Translations under genes and position numbers: made by a program | From: Promethearchaeia archaeon | GTDB taxonomy: Archaea > Asgardarchaeota > Lokiarchaeia > Sigyniarchaeales > SOKP01 | Assembly (NCBI GenBank): GCA_029856105.1 | Contig: JAHQWH010000011.1 | Coordinates: 1 to 62,807 of the forward strand | Length of the DNA stretch: 62,807 nt | Reading direction: 5' to 3' | In this document: positions 29,289 through 39,662 of the stretch, in pieces | How positions within the stretch are numbered: the stretch's first letter is position 1 | Layout: each line of letters opens with the position of its first letter | Notes under the pieces: model-generated | The model's database searches: none | What the model saw: only the letters and a program-made list of their open reading frames with translations | What the model was told of the DNA's origin: nothing

Positions 29289-31211
29289 ATGAGTAAAGCT
29301 AAAGATATAATTATACCCGAGGAAGTCAAAGGCTATTCCCAAGTGAGACTTGATGTCGACTTAACAAGCGGTAAAATAGGAAAATCAACTTTATCCAACG
29401 AGTTTTGCCGAGATTGGATTGGCGGTTATGGTTTTGGAGCAAAGGTTCTTTGGGACGAGTTAAAACCAGGTATAGACCCATTAAGTCCAGATAATGTGTT
29501 TGTTTGGGCTATTGGTCCATTCCCAACTACAATTTTACCAACTAGTTCTAAGTATGGCGTATTTGCTAAATCCCCATTAACGGGAATGTTTGGCATGGCT
29601 ATTTCTTCAGGTTCAGTTGGAGCCCAAGCCCGACGTGCGGGTGTTAATATGATCGTAGTAAAGGGAAGAGCTTCTGAACCCGTTTACATGGTTGTAGACG
29701 ATGAAGACTACTATTTAGAGCCATGTGAGAAAACTTTATGGGGAAAAGGAAATTTTGAAACAGAAGATATATTAAGAGAAGAATTTCAAGATCAGAGACT
29801 AGCTGTTATGTCAATAGGGCCATCAGGTGAGCGATTGAGCAAGTTGGGGTGCATTACAAACGATAGAAACCGACAAGCAGGTCGTACCGGTATGGGGGGC
29901 GTAATGGGAAGTAAAAACCTCAAAGCAATAGCATTTAGGGGCACTAAAGGAATTAAGGTTGCTCAACCCGCAGAATTTTATAAATTAGCTAAGAAACTGA
30001 TTAAAGTTGCTAATGGTCCTGCAACTGCAAAATATCGCGATTTAGGAACCCCAGCAGGAATAACCAGTTATAATAAGTTAGGAATGTTCCCTACTAATAA
30101 TTTTCGTGAAGGTACATGGGAAGAAATAGATAATGGCGCCTTTACAGGAGACACTCTTAATATTGATTGGGTTGTAAAAAAAGTAGCTTGTTCCCAATGC
30201 TCTATTGCGTGCGATCATTTAGCAAGAGTACCAAAAACTCACCCAGAATATCCTAATTTAGTAGCGTCAATAGATGTTGAAATGTGCTATTCATTTGGTT
30301 CAAATATGGGTAATTCTGATTGGCCAACGGTATTTAAATGCGTTCAATTGTGCGATGATTTAGGTATTGACGCGATCTCAGGCGGTGTAACGGCCTCTAT
30401 GGCTGCAGAATTGTTTGAACTAGGGCTTATAACTAAAAAAGATTTAGGTTATGAGTTACCATTCGGTTCAACGGTCAATTTAGTGAGATTCACCGAAGAA
30501 ATATGCCTTGGAAAAGGATTTGCAGGTGAAATCTTTGGAGATGGCTGTAGACAGGCAGGAATTCGATTAGAAGAAAAGGGAATAAAAAACGCTGGCTATT
30601 ACGGAATGCACATAAAAGGCTTAGAAATGCCCGCTTTTGACCTTCATGGTATGACGTCCTTTGCGGTTGGAGAAAGCGTATCTATTAGAGGCGCTTGCCA
30701 TTTAAGGAATGGAGCGTATGGACTCGATGCTAAAGGAAAGTTCGACAGGTTCGGATACGATAAAGGTCTCGAACGTGGTAAGTCAATAGTAGCAGTTGAA
30801 GATGTTTATGGCATAATTGATTCATACATAGTATGTAAATTCACTCGTGGAATTTATGAAAACGATGCAGAAATGGCAAAAGTATACGAACTTGTAACTG
30901 GTATTCCACACACAGAGCAATCAATGCTGACAAGAGGAACTGCAATAGTTACGCTTTCTAAATGTTTCAACATTCGAGAAGGCTGGACACGAGCAGACGA
31001 TCATCCTCCCGAAAAATTCTTCAAAGAAGCTCATACAAAAGGACCAGCGAAGGGCGTTACCTTAAAAGAAGATGGATATCAAAAATTATTGAACGGATAT
31101 TACGAAGCTAGAGGCTGGGACACGAAAACTGGAATTCCAACCGACGCAACTCTAAAGAAGTTAGGTTTGGATTTTGTTATTGGAAAATTAAAGCCAGCAG
31201 GAGGTAAATAA
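29289..31211 (+). CDS. aor: Tungsten aldehyde:ferredoxin oxidoreductase family
   Basis: KSPLTG, AGRTGMGGVMGSKNLKAI, ACSQCSIAC, CDDLGIDAIS, KGLEMPAFD, RGACH, YYEARGWD. Confidence 0.92.
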   Translation: MSKAKDIIIPEEVKGYSQVRLDVDLTSGKIGKSTLSNEFCRDWIGGYGFGAKVLWDELKPGIDPLSPDNVFVWAIGPFPTTILPTSSKYGVFAKSPLTGMFGMAISSGSVGAQARRAGVNMIVVKGRASEPVYMVVDDEDYYLEPCEKTLWGKGNFETEDILREEFQDQRLAVMSIGPSGERLSKLGCITNDRNRQAGRTGMGGVMGSKNLKAIAFRGTKGIKVAQPAEFYKLAKKLIKVANGPATAKYRDLGTPAGITSYNKLGMFPTNNFREGTWEEIDNGAFTGDTLNIDWVVKKVACSQCSIACDHLARVPKTHPEYPNLVASIDVEMCYSFGSNMGNSDWPTVFKCVQLCDDLGIDAISGGVTASMAAELFELGLITKKDLGYELPFGSTVNLVRFTEEICLGKGFAGEIFGDGCRQAGIRLEEKGIKNAGYYGMHIKGLEMPAFDLHGMTSFAVGESVSIRGACHLRNGAYGLDAKGKFDRFGYDKGLERGKSIVAVEDVYGIIDSYIVCKFTRGIYENDAEMAKVYELVTGIPHTEQSMLTRGTAIVTLSKCFNIREGWTRADDHPPEKFFKEAHTKGPAKGVTLKEDGYQKLLNGYYEARGWDTKTGIPTDATLKKLGLDFVIGKLKPAGGK

Positions 31212-31215
31212 AAGA

Positions 31216-31770
31216 ATGTCAGCTATTAGCACTAAGAAAAGAGGCGGTGTAATTCATCAATTCATAGTTGTAGATCCGAAACTCTGCACTGGTTGCGAAA
31301 CTTGCGAGAGTGTTTGCTCTTTTGTCCACGACGCCGAATTTAACCCAATTAACACTCGAATCCATAGAGTTAGAATCGAACCAGTATTTAACATTGCTCT
31401 TGCCTGCCAGAAATGCGAGGATGCACCGTGCATTCGCAGTTGTCCCGAAAAAGCTTTGGAAAAGGACCCAGATACGGGTTCTATCATTGTAGATGACGAT
31501 AAGTGCAATGGATGCGGCTATTGTTGCAGAGCTTGCGAATTTGGAGCGATGACAATGCACGTAATAAGCCAAAAAGCGCTTGTTTGCGACCTTTGCGAAA
31601 ATATGAAAGACGAATTTGTCGAGGAAGGCGGTAAAAAGGAGCCTCAATGCATTCTAGTTTGCCCCAAAGAAGCCATAAGTTTGAAAAACGTAGAGCAAAT
31701 TGGCGAAGAGACCCGAATTGACGCTGTAAAACGCTTGTTTGGCGATGTTTCGGAATTTAGTAGCAAATAA
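31216..31770 (+). CDS. 4Fe-4S dicluster protein (AOR small/ferredoxin subunit)
   Basis: CTGCETCESVC, CQKCEDAPCIRSCP, CNGCGYCCRAC, CDLC..QCILVCP. Confidence 0.9.
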   Translation: MSAISTKKRGGVIHQFIVVDPKLCTGCETCESVCSFVHDAEFNPINTRIHRVRIEPVFNIALACQKCEDAPCIRSCPEKALEKDPDTGSIIVDDDKCNGCGYCCRACEFGAMTMHVISQKALVCDLCENMKDEFVEEGGKKEPQCILVCPKEAISLKNVEQIGEETRIDAVKRLFGDVSEFSSK

Positions 31771-32017
31771 TTTAATTTTTTTATCTTATTTTTATTCTAT
31801 TTATTTTTAGTATTTCAATTTATATCGTAAAATCTAAATTTAATAAGAGATAATTACAAGAATTTAAAACAAATTAAGTGAAGAGTAAGAATAATTGAAC
31901 TTTAATAAGAAGTATTATTTACAATATCATAATTATTTAATCAAATACAATTAATACAAATCGTTATAAGAATACATGTTTCAAATTAGGAGGATATAAT
32001 TATAAAAGGTGGAAAAA

Positions 32018-33979
32018 TTGTCTGAAGAACAGACCAATAGTAAACACAAAATCGGAGCATTTATATGTAGATGAGGAGTTAATATTGGGGGTATTTTAGA
32101 TGTGCCTAAAATTGTAGAAGAAGTCGATAAACTCGACGATGTTTACGCTTACGAGTATTTAAATTTGTGTACGTCTGGAGGAGCTGAATTTATTAAAGAA
32201 CAAATAGACGAAAAAGGCTTTGACAGAATTATCTTGGCTGCTTGAACTCCAATAACGCATGAACCAGTATTTCATGCTATTTTAAAAGAAGCAGGATTAC
32301 CACAAAGATATTTGGAATTTGTAAACATTAGAGAACATTGTAGTTACGTTCATCAAGCAATGGAAGTAAGAGACGAAGCTACACTTAAAGCAATAGAATT
32401 AGTAAAAGCAGGGATTTCAAGATCGCAATTTTTAGAAGAGATACCTACAAAAACAGTTCCTGTAAATCCTATATGTTTGGTTATTGGTGGAGGGATTGCT
32501 GGATTAAGTGCTGCAGTTGATTTGGGAGATGCGGGATATAAAGTTTATTTAGTTGAAAAGAAAACTACAATAGGCGGTAGAATGTCTCAGTTAGATCGAA
32601 CTTTCCCAACAGACGATTGCAGTATCTGAATATTGGGTCCAAAGATGCTTGAAGCTGATCGTCATCCAAATATAGAAATGCTTACTTATAGTGAAGTAAC
32701 AAAAGTCGAAGGATACATAGGTAATTTTCGAGTCCAAGTAAAAAGAAAACCTCGGTTTGTGGTTGAAAGCGAATGTACCGGATGTGGCGCGTGTACAGAA
32801 GTATGTCCTATATACGTTCCTAATTATTTCGATGAAAATCTGTCAGCTCGAAAGTGCATCGATATTTCATTTGCTCAAGCAGTTCCAGCAGTTTACGATA
32901 TTGTAAGAGATTCGTGCGTAGAATGTTTTGCATGTGTCGATTCTTGTGATCTGGAAGCAATTGACTTTAGCCAACAAGACGAAATAATAGAACTTGAAAT
33001 AGGAACAATAATTGTGGCAACAGGATGGGACATATATCAAGAAGACGATTATGGATACGGAAAATACGAGAATGTAATCACGCAAATCCAATTAGAAAGA
33101 ATTCTCGCTCCAAATGGTCCTATGTTCGGTCATTTGGTACGCCCCTCAGATGGAAAACGTCCGAAGAAAATATTATTCATTAACTGCGTAGGATCAAGAG
33201 ATGTAAAAAAGAATGCGTACTGTAGCGTAGTTTGCTGTAATTTATCTGTTAAAAATTCCAAGCTTATAATCTCAGAACATCCCGATACCGAAATTACTGT
33301 ATGTTATATAGATATGAGATGTGGGGGGAAGATGTATGAAGAGTATTATAAAAGAGCCAGAGACGCAGGAATTCTTTTCGTTAAAGGGATGGTAGGAAAT
33401 ATTGAAGAAGATCCATTAACAAAGAATCTTATCGTTCAATTTGAACCTGTTGGGACCGATACAATAGTAACAATGGAAGTTCATATGGTTGTTTTGTCAT
33501 CGGCGTCGCTACCATCTCAAGGTACAAAGGAGATTGCCGCTATAATGAATATCGAGAAATCACCTGATGGGTTCCTAAAAGAAGTTCATCCGCGTCTGGA
33601 ACCAATCAAGACGAAGGTTCCAGGTATTTACTTAGCTGGTTCTTGTCAAGGTCAAAAGTCTATTGACCTAACTGTAAGCCAAGCTAAAGGAGCAGCATCT
33701 TCAGCAGGCATTCCAATGGGTGCAGGAGAATACGTTATTGAATTAATACGCGCCCAACCAATAGACGAAAGATGCGCAAAATGTTATAAATGTATTGAAG
33801 CTTGCCCATACAAGGCAATTTCTATTAACGATGAAGGAACGATTGTTGTAGACGTAATAAGTTGCAGAGGTTGTGGAATTTGCGCTGCGATATGTCCTTC
33901 TAAAGCAATAGAATTAGCGCATTACAAAGACGTTCAATATACAGCTTATATTGACGAATTATTGCCAATTGAAGATTAA
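32018..33979 (+). CDS. hdrA: Heterodisulfide reductase subunit A, selenoprotein with 3 Sec (U19, U76, U204), 653 aa
   Basis: TTG start after AGGTGG; one frame with TGA at 32072 (FICR-U-GVNI), 32243 (LAA-U-TP..HE) and 32627 (DDCSI-U-ILGPK), all at conserved HdrA Cys positions; GGGIAG, NIREHC, CVGSRD. Joins listed ORFs 32312-32629 and 32633-33979. Confidence 0.93.
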
Positions 33980-33992
33980 AGAGGTAATTAAA

Positions 33993-34427
33993 ATGAGAGA
34001 CGACGATGTTAAAATTCTATCCTTTTTATGTTTAAAATGAGGTTATGGTGCAGCAGATATGGCGGGAACTATTAGAGCTCAATACCCCACATCTTTAAGA
34101 ACCGTTTTAGTTCCATGCACAGGAAGAGTCGGTGCGGATGTAATTATGAGAGGTTTTGGGAGAGGTGCTGACGGTATAATCGTTGTTGGATGATATCCTG
34201 GAGAATGCGATTATGAAAAAGGTAATTATTTTGCACATAGATCAATTGCTTATCTAAAAGAAGTGGTTAAAACCGTTGGACTTGACCCAAAAAGATTAAG
34301 AATGGAATATTGCAGTTCTGCGGAAGGTTCGAAATATCGTGAAGTAGTAATTTCTTTTGATGAAGAAATACGGAAACTTGGACCGAGCCCATTACGTAAA
34401 AAAAATAAAAACTCCTCTAAAAAATAA
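33993..34427 (+). CDS. mvhD: Hydrogenase iron-sulfur subunit MvhD/VhuD, selenoprotein with 2 Sec (U16, U67), 144 aa; absent from the ORF track
   Basis: MRDDDVKILSFLCLK-U-GYGAADMAG..VPCTGRV..GADGIIVVG-U-YPGECDYEKGNY..SSAEG..LGPSPL; TGA at 34038 and 34191; GAGGT RBS. Confidence 0.93.
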
Positions 34428-34500
34428 ATGTGTTAGCTGATGAGGCTGAGTTAAAAAAACGAGAATTCAGCTGAAGAAATGGGAGCACCATATAGCACAT
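34428..34500 (+). promoter_or_regulatory. Eukaryote-like SECIS element in the 3' UTR of hdrA-mvhD
   Basis: Helix I atgtgtta (34428-35)/tagcacat (34493-500); core AUGAG (34440-44); helix II gctgagtt/aattcagc; A-rich apical loop aaaaaaacgag; 3' UGAA (34472-75). Confidence 0.85.
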
Positions 34501-34609
34501 TAAAAATACACAATAAAAAAATGTTATAAAAATTAACATATCAAAAAAAAAGTTTTAAATTTATTAAAAAAATTAAATTAAAAACAAGAAAATAATTTAC
34601 AGTTTTGAG

Positions 34610-35749
34610 TTGGAAAACATGGACACTATAGATGAATATCTAATAAAGATTGAAGATTTTCCTAAATTATTAACAACTTTACTGAAGGAAAAAGTTGTTA
34701 GCAAAATAATTGGGGCAAAAGTAAAGGTAGATAAAAAAACTCAGAAAGAGGACAGATTTACTATTTCTCCAGAACTCTACGAGAAACCAGAAGATATTTC
34801 GGGTTTTCCTTTAACTAACCTAATTGCATATGGGTACGCTAGAACAGATTCAGCTGCGAAATTTTTGCATAAATCAGTTAACGGAGCATTGAAAGAAAAA
34901 GTAGGACTTATTGCTCGTCCTTGCGACACCAGGGGGATAATTGAGTTAGTAAAAATTAAGCAGGTCAATTTAGATAATCTTTTTATCATTGCTTTTGAAG
35001 ACAGAGGAATGGTTATAAATGTTTCTCGCGAGATAAAGAAGATGACAGATATTGATGCGACTAAAGTGGTTAAGGAGAAAATCGGAGATAAAGGGTTAAT
35101 TCTCAAATTTGAGGATGGAAAAACTAAAGAAGTAGGATTAGACATAGCTGAAAATTGTACGCGCTGTGTAAGAAAAATTCCGGTTGTAGCTGATTTGGGA
35201 ATTAGTGATCTAATATTGCCTATCGATTCTGACGAAATTATCCTTAAAGTATATTCTACTAAAGGGGAAGATCTTGTAGAAAAATCAAAAATTAACAAGA
35301 AGCCATTACCTGATGACATGAAAACAAAACACGCAGAAAAGCTTAAAGAAATCAAAGAAACAGCCCTAGCAAAAAGAGTAAAGGATTTAGAAGAATGGGA
35401 TAAGCTTTCTCAAGAGGAAAAGATGACTAAACTACAAGCATGCACTATGTGTGGAATGTGTATTCGTGGGTGCCCTGTTTGCTACTGCGTTGACTGTATT
35501 CTAACGAAGAAGCGAAAAGCAAAAACTATAAATAAAGAGACCTATCAATTAACTCGAATTGCCCATGTTGCTGACCGGTGCGTAGAATGCGGCAACTGTG
35601 ATAATAATTGCCCAACGCATTTACCGTTATCTCTGTACTTTCAATCGCTAAACGACTCATTTAAAGAAAAGTTTGATTACAATGCTGGTGAGAGCTTGGA
35701 AGATATACCCTTTAGATCTGGGAAAGCAATAAGCGAAATGGAGTTATAA
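34610..35749 (+). CDS. FdhB/FrhB-like iron-sulfur subunit
   Basis: KVGLIARPCDTRGIIELVKIKQV, NCTRC, CTMCGMCIRGCPVCYCVDC, CVECGNCDNNCP. Confidence 0.8.
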   Translation: MENMDTIDEYLIKIEDFPKLLTTLLKEKVVSKIIGAKVKVDKKTQKEDRFTISPELYEKPEDISGFPLTNLIAYGYARTDSAAKFLHKSVNGALKEKVGLIARPCDTRGIIELVKIKQVNLDNLFIIAFEDRGMVINVSREIKKMTDIDATKVVKEKIGDKGLILKFEDGKTKEVGLDIAENCTRCVRKIPVVADLGISDLILPIDSDEIILKVYSTKGEDLVEKSKINKKPLPDDMKTKHAEKLKEIKETALAKRVKDLEEWDKLSQEEKMTKLQACTMCGMCIRGCPVCYCVDCILTKKRKAKTINKETYQLTRIAHVADRCVECGNCDNNCPTHLPLSLYFQSLNDSFKEKFDYNAGESLEDIPFRSGKAISEMEL

Positions 35750-35822
35750 AAAACATAATTATTAAAAATTCAAAATAATATTATTTTTACTTAATAATAA
35801 AGAAAAATAGATGTGAAGAATT

Positions 35823-36599
35823 ATGTCGTTACCGGCTAAAAAAGCAATCGAGATTGATAAGAATGTTACTCATTACATTTATAAAATGCTAAACCACGAA
35901 ATGATTCTAAAATACGACGAAAGCAAGTGTATTGAGTGCGGTTTTTGTCACCGAGTTTGTCCCGTAACCATTTCAATTTACGACGAACCCTTAAAAAAGA
36001 CTGCAATCGGAACGCCAGAAGAAATGAGGGTCGAATCTGACAAAAAAATCGTAGTTGACGTAGAAAAATGCATCTGGTGTGGAAGTTGTACTTGGATCTG
36101 CCCTGGATACACTTTGGAACTAATTATAAACGGAGAAAACAAGATCTTATTAGTAGAAAACGGTTCTCTTCCAGAATTTGAGGAAGAGGTTCGCACTTTA
36201 GAGAACGGTCAGAAGGTTCGCAAGGTAGTAGACGGTTCTATTACAATTAATTGCGACGAAAAAGATGACAAAGTTATTGACGCATTTGCAGACGAATGTG
36301 CTACTGGCGCCATGTCTCGGGAAGGAAAGGAAGTAGTTGTAGACATTGATAAGTGTATTCTATGTTTTAAATGTACAGAAGCCTCAAAAAACTACGAGAA
36401 TATTAGCGTAAAGGTTTTCCGCGATAGATTCAAGAAAGTAAAAGGAGAACCATCGTCCGTTTGGAACGCTATAAATTTGCGAGTGCTTGGAAAAGAAGGG
36501 AAAATTAAAGGTATTATGAGTCGAAGTCAAAACAAACTCGCAGATTCTGTCATGCGCTTGTTAGGCAAGGAATTTAGCGAGGAAGAAGAGGAAACCTAA
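35823..36599 (+). CDS. Polyferredoxin (FwdF/FwdG-like)
   Basis: CIECGFCHRVCP, CIWCGSCTWICP, CILCFKC. Confidence 0.8.
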   Translation: MSLPAKKAIEIDKNVTHYIYKMLNHEMILKYDESKCIECGFCHRVCPVTISIYDEPLKKTAIGTPEEMRVESDKKIVVDVEKCIWCGSCTWICPGYTLELIINGENKILLVENGSLPEFEEEVRTLENGQKVRKVVDGSITINCDEKDDKVIDAFADECATGAMSREGKEVVVDIDKCILCFKCTEASKNYENISVKVFRDRFKKVKGEPSSVWNAINLRVLGKEGKIKGIMSRSQNKLADSVMRLLGKEFSEEEEET

Positions 36600-36693
36600 T
36601 TTATAGTAATTTTTATTTTCAATATATTTTTTATTCTTTAGTTTCTTTATAGAGATTAGTATATTATAATCGTATTATAAGGAGAGAATAAAT

Positions 36694-37359
36694 TTGAAAG
36701 ATATTAGTAAAAAAATCTTGATAACTTTTGTTCTTCAAATTGCATATCAAAACATATTCTATATTCTACTTATTCCAGAAATTTATACAATATCCATTAT
36801 TGTTTTATATTTGATAACGAATCACGTAATTGCTCTTACAGATGCATTGATACGCCCTCTACCGAAAGAGAGAAATCCTTCAAAAATATTTGATTTTTTA
36901 TTGTTATTGATTTTTTTTTTAGCACCATTCTTCTTAATTGCCGCTTATTACGAGAATAAGCTACTAATATCGTCGATACTACCATTCTGGGATAATCTTA
37001 TTGTTAGTTATATCGGATTCGTTATTTATCTCTCAGCAGGTATCTTTATTATTGTAGGAAGAGTACAGCTTGGCAAGTTTGGTTCAGGTGAATTAATAAC
37101 GGAGGAGGGTCACAAACTTTATACCGAAGGAGTGTATAAATATATTCGGAATCCAATGTATTCTGGGGCATTATTTGCTGTTATTGGTTTTTGTTTAGTC
37201 TTTAGAAGCATAATTACGCTTTTACTCCTTCCGATTATCTATTTATTATTGTTTAAAATGAGAATAGATGAAGAAGAAAGGCTTCTTTACGAGGCTTTTG
37301 GAGAAGAATTCACCAATTACAAAAAAAAAAGCAAAAAACTAATACCATTTATCTATTAA
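36694..37359 (+). CDS. Isoprenylcysteine carboxylmethyltransferase/PEMT family membrane protein
   Basis: GVYKYIRNPMYSG, RIDEEERLLYEAFGEEF..Y....KKLIPFIY. Confidence 0.85.
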   Translation: MKDISKKILITFVLQIAYQNIFYILLIPEIYTISIIVLYLITNHVIALTDALIRPLPKERNPSKIFDFLLLLIFFLAPFFLIAAYYENKLLISSILPFWDNLIVSYIGFVIYLSAGIFIIVGRVQLGKFGSGELITEEGHKLYTEGVYKYIRNPMYSGALFAVIGFCLVFRSIITLLLLPIIYLLLFKMRIDEEERLLYEAFGEEFTNYKKKSKKLIPFIY

Positions 37360-37370
37360 AACATTAAAAA

Positions 37371-37403
37371 TTAACTTACTTTTATATAGCTAATCTACTT
37401 TAA
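37371..37403 (+). repeat. 33-bp TATA-containing direct repeat (second copy 39732-39764)
   Basis: ttaacttacttttatatagctaatctactttaa vs ttaacttatttttatatagttaaactactttaa (30/33). Confidence 0.7.
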
Positions 37404-37408
37404 TTGTA

Positions 37409-37540
37409 GTAATAGTCGCAATAAATCGAGATAAGGATGCACCAATCTTTATTATTGCTCATTATTGTATACTTGGTGATTTACATAAGTTAATTGCTAT
37501 TTTAACTAATGAAATAAGAAGAATAAAATCTGAAGACTGA
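37409..37540 (+). pseudogene. Orphan C-terminal fragment of electron transfer flavoprotein alpha subunit (EtfA/FixB)
   Basis: VIVAINRDKDAPIFIIAHYCILGDLHKLIAILTNEIRR matches the EtfA C-terminal pattern IVAINKDxxAPIFxxAxYGIVGDL. Confidence 0.75.
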
Positions 37541-37702
37541 AATTCACATCGAAAAACAAAAAAAACGAAATTCCTCTTAATTACTTAAAAATAATTGAAC
37601 AAAATTGTAGAAAATCACTATTATGCGAAGGAGGATTTCCCAAACTTTATAAATATTCAAGTTGATATGTTATACAAATTTCAATTTTTAAGGTAAAATT
37701 TA

Positions 37703-38446
37703 TTGTCAGATGATGAATTGAAAAGGTTATGGTCTGAATATGGCCGTAATATGAACATGGCAGCAATAATGACGGTTTTAACCTTTATTGTTGGGATTAC
37801 GGGGCTAATTGCTCTCATTTTTCTATTAATAGCACTTGGAAATCTTAAAAACATAAATTATTACTTGAAAGACCCGAAGATAGAAGAATATCGAACAAAA
37901 TACATTCAAGCATTCATACTGAGATTTATAGGGACTTTAGTTTTGATTGGTGGAGTGATTGGCATGATTTTCACGGGATTTAGTTCGGGATTTAGAGGGG
38001 ATGATTGGACGTTTCTCTTTATCCCCATAGTTCTTGGTTTTATACTCATGATTGGTGGTGCTGTGCTTGAAATGAAAGCGTGGGACATTCTAAGATCGTT
38101 TTTCATGGAAAAAGCCAACCAGTTTCCTCCAATTCTCCATAGAGACTTAGTGGACGGATGCAATAATTTAAAAACTGCAGCCATGATGTATGCTTTAGGT
38201 TTCCTTCTTATAACAACATTAATCGGAATTATCTTCCAGATTATCGGTTATTTCAAATTAGCGAAACTAAAAGATTTGATGAGCCCTTATTATGGGACTG
38301 TAGCACCAGCCCAAACTCCTGCTCCAGCCGTTTCTATGCAAGTCCAACCCTCTTCCACAGGGACAAGTAAATTTTGTTCATCTTGCGGAGCGCAAATAAA
38401 GGGAGAAGGAAAGTTCTGCTCTGAATGTGGAGCCCCAACTAGTTAA
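37703..38446 (+). CDS. Membrane protein (DUF973/DUF996-like) with C-terminal double zinc ribbon
   Basis: Several TM helices, Pro/Ala linker, FCSSCG..FCSECG. Confidence 0.7.
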   Translation: MSDDELKRLWSEYGRNMNMAAIMTVLTFIVGITGLIALIFLLIALGNLKNINYYLKDPKIEEYRTKYIQAFILRFIGTLVLIGGVIGMIFTGFSSGFRGDDWTFLFIPIVLGFILMIGGAVLEMKAWDILRSFFMEKANQFPPILHRDLVDGCNNLKTAAMMYALGFLLITTLIGIIFQIIGYFKLAKLKDLMSPYYGTVAPAQTPAPAVSMQVQPSSTGTSKFCSSCGAQIKGEGKFCSECGAPTS

Positions 38447-38816
38447 AAACCTCTTTCTTAATTTATTTTTTTTTTAATTTTTTTCCAAAAATTGGACTCT
38501 TTAATTAAAAAAAAATAAGAAAAAAGAGAAGAGATACCCAATGAATTTTTATTCTTTAATTTCTTAATAAGGGCAGTAAATTACAATTTTATTATAAGGA
38601 CATAATAAAGATGTAAGATATCAGTAAAAAAATCTAACATTTTTTATAATTTTAATCTCGGAATTATTTCTAAATGATTTATAAAGCTTTTAATTGTTAA
38701 TTTTAACCGAAACTTAGAATTAATTGCCTCAAAACAATCAAGCTATCCAATATTAATAAATCTAAAAGATTATTCTTATAAATATCGATAATATTATATT
38801 TAAAAATTGAAAAAAA

Positions 38817-39662
38817 ATGGAATATAAAACTATTAAATTTGAATTACAAAAAAATGGTATAGGATTTTTAACATTTAACAGAGCAGAAAAATCTAATGCT
38901 ATATCGTTTCAAATGGTTGAAGAACTTCATTCTATATTTGATATGTTAATGATCAATCTCGATTGTCGAGTTCTTATCATGAAAGCAGAAGGTAAGATTT
39001 TTAATGCTGGGCAAGATCTTAAAGATGCTTTAGTTTTAAAATCAAAGAAGAAACCCGAAAATCTCAAAAATTATTATTTCTTAGAGGTTCCAGAAATAAT
39101 TAAAGGCATTATGTATTATCAGTGGAGAATAGCAGAAATTATTGTAAAAATGAGAAAGATTTCACAGCCGATTATTTCTATAATTCAGGGTCCAGCAATC
39201 GGAGCAGGTTTTTCTATTACAATGGCAACAGATATTCGTATTGCCAGTAAAGAGGCAAAATTTAACGCTGGATATATTAATATCGGACTCACAGGTTCAG
39301 ATATGGGTAGTAGTTATTTTCTTCCACGTCTTGTAGGAATGTCAAGAGCGGCTGAACTACTATATACTGGAAGATTTTTTAATGCTGATGAAGCTTTAGA
39401 TATAGGATTTATATTAAAGATTGTTGAGAAGGATAAATTACTTGAATCGGCAATGGAAATTGCCGAGGAATTACTCTCAAAAAGTCCTTTAGGATTACGG
39501 ATGACAAAACAAGCAATTAATTTATCTCTTGATTCTCCTAGTCTAGAAACAATTATTCAATTAGAAAATCGAGGTCAAGTTCTATGTAGTAATTCAAAAG
39601 ACGTAATGGAGGCTTTCAATGCTTATATGGAGAAGCGAAAACCAAAATTTCCTTTAGGATGA
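38817..39662 (+). CDS. Enoyl-CoA hydratase/isomerase
   Basis: FNAGQDL, QPIISIIQGPAIGAG, DIRIAS, DMGSSYFLPRLVG, EKRKPKF. Confidence 0.92.
   Translation: MEYKTIKFELQKNGIGFLTFNRAEKSNAISFQMVEELHSIFDMLMINLDCRVLIMKAEGKIFNAGQDLKDALVLKSKKKPENLKNYYFLEVPEIIKGIMYYQWRIAEIIVKMRKISQPIISIIQGPAIGAGFSITMATDIRIASKEAKFNAGYINIGLTGSDMGSSYFLPRLVGMSRAAELLYTGRFFNADEALDIGFILKIVEKDKLLESAMEIAEELLSKSPLGLRMTKQAINLSLDSPSLETIIQLENRGQVLCSNSKDVMEAFNAYMEKRKPKFPLG

Noticed and set aside
32018-34427. hdrA/mvhD as pseudogenes, or genome-wide UGA reassignment
   Set aside because: The TGAs fall only on conserved Cys positions with no other lesions. Other genes end normally in TGA (8721, 24357, 39662, 40236), and Trp is encoded by TGG.
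34428-34500. Hammerhead ribozyme (CUGAUGA-stem-GAA, three-way junction)
   Set aside because: GAAG instead of GAAA, stems I and III are not flush with the core, and the context fits a SECIS.
37418-37458. Possible ncRNA hairpin (gcaataa...ttattgc)
   Set aside because: Better explained as the coding remnant of etfA.
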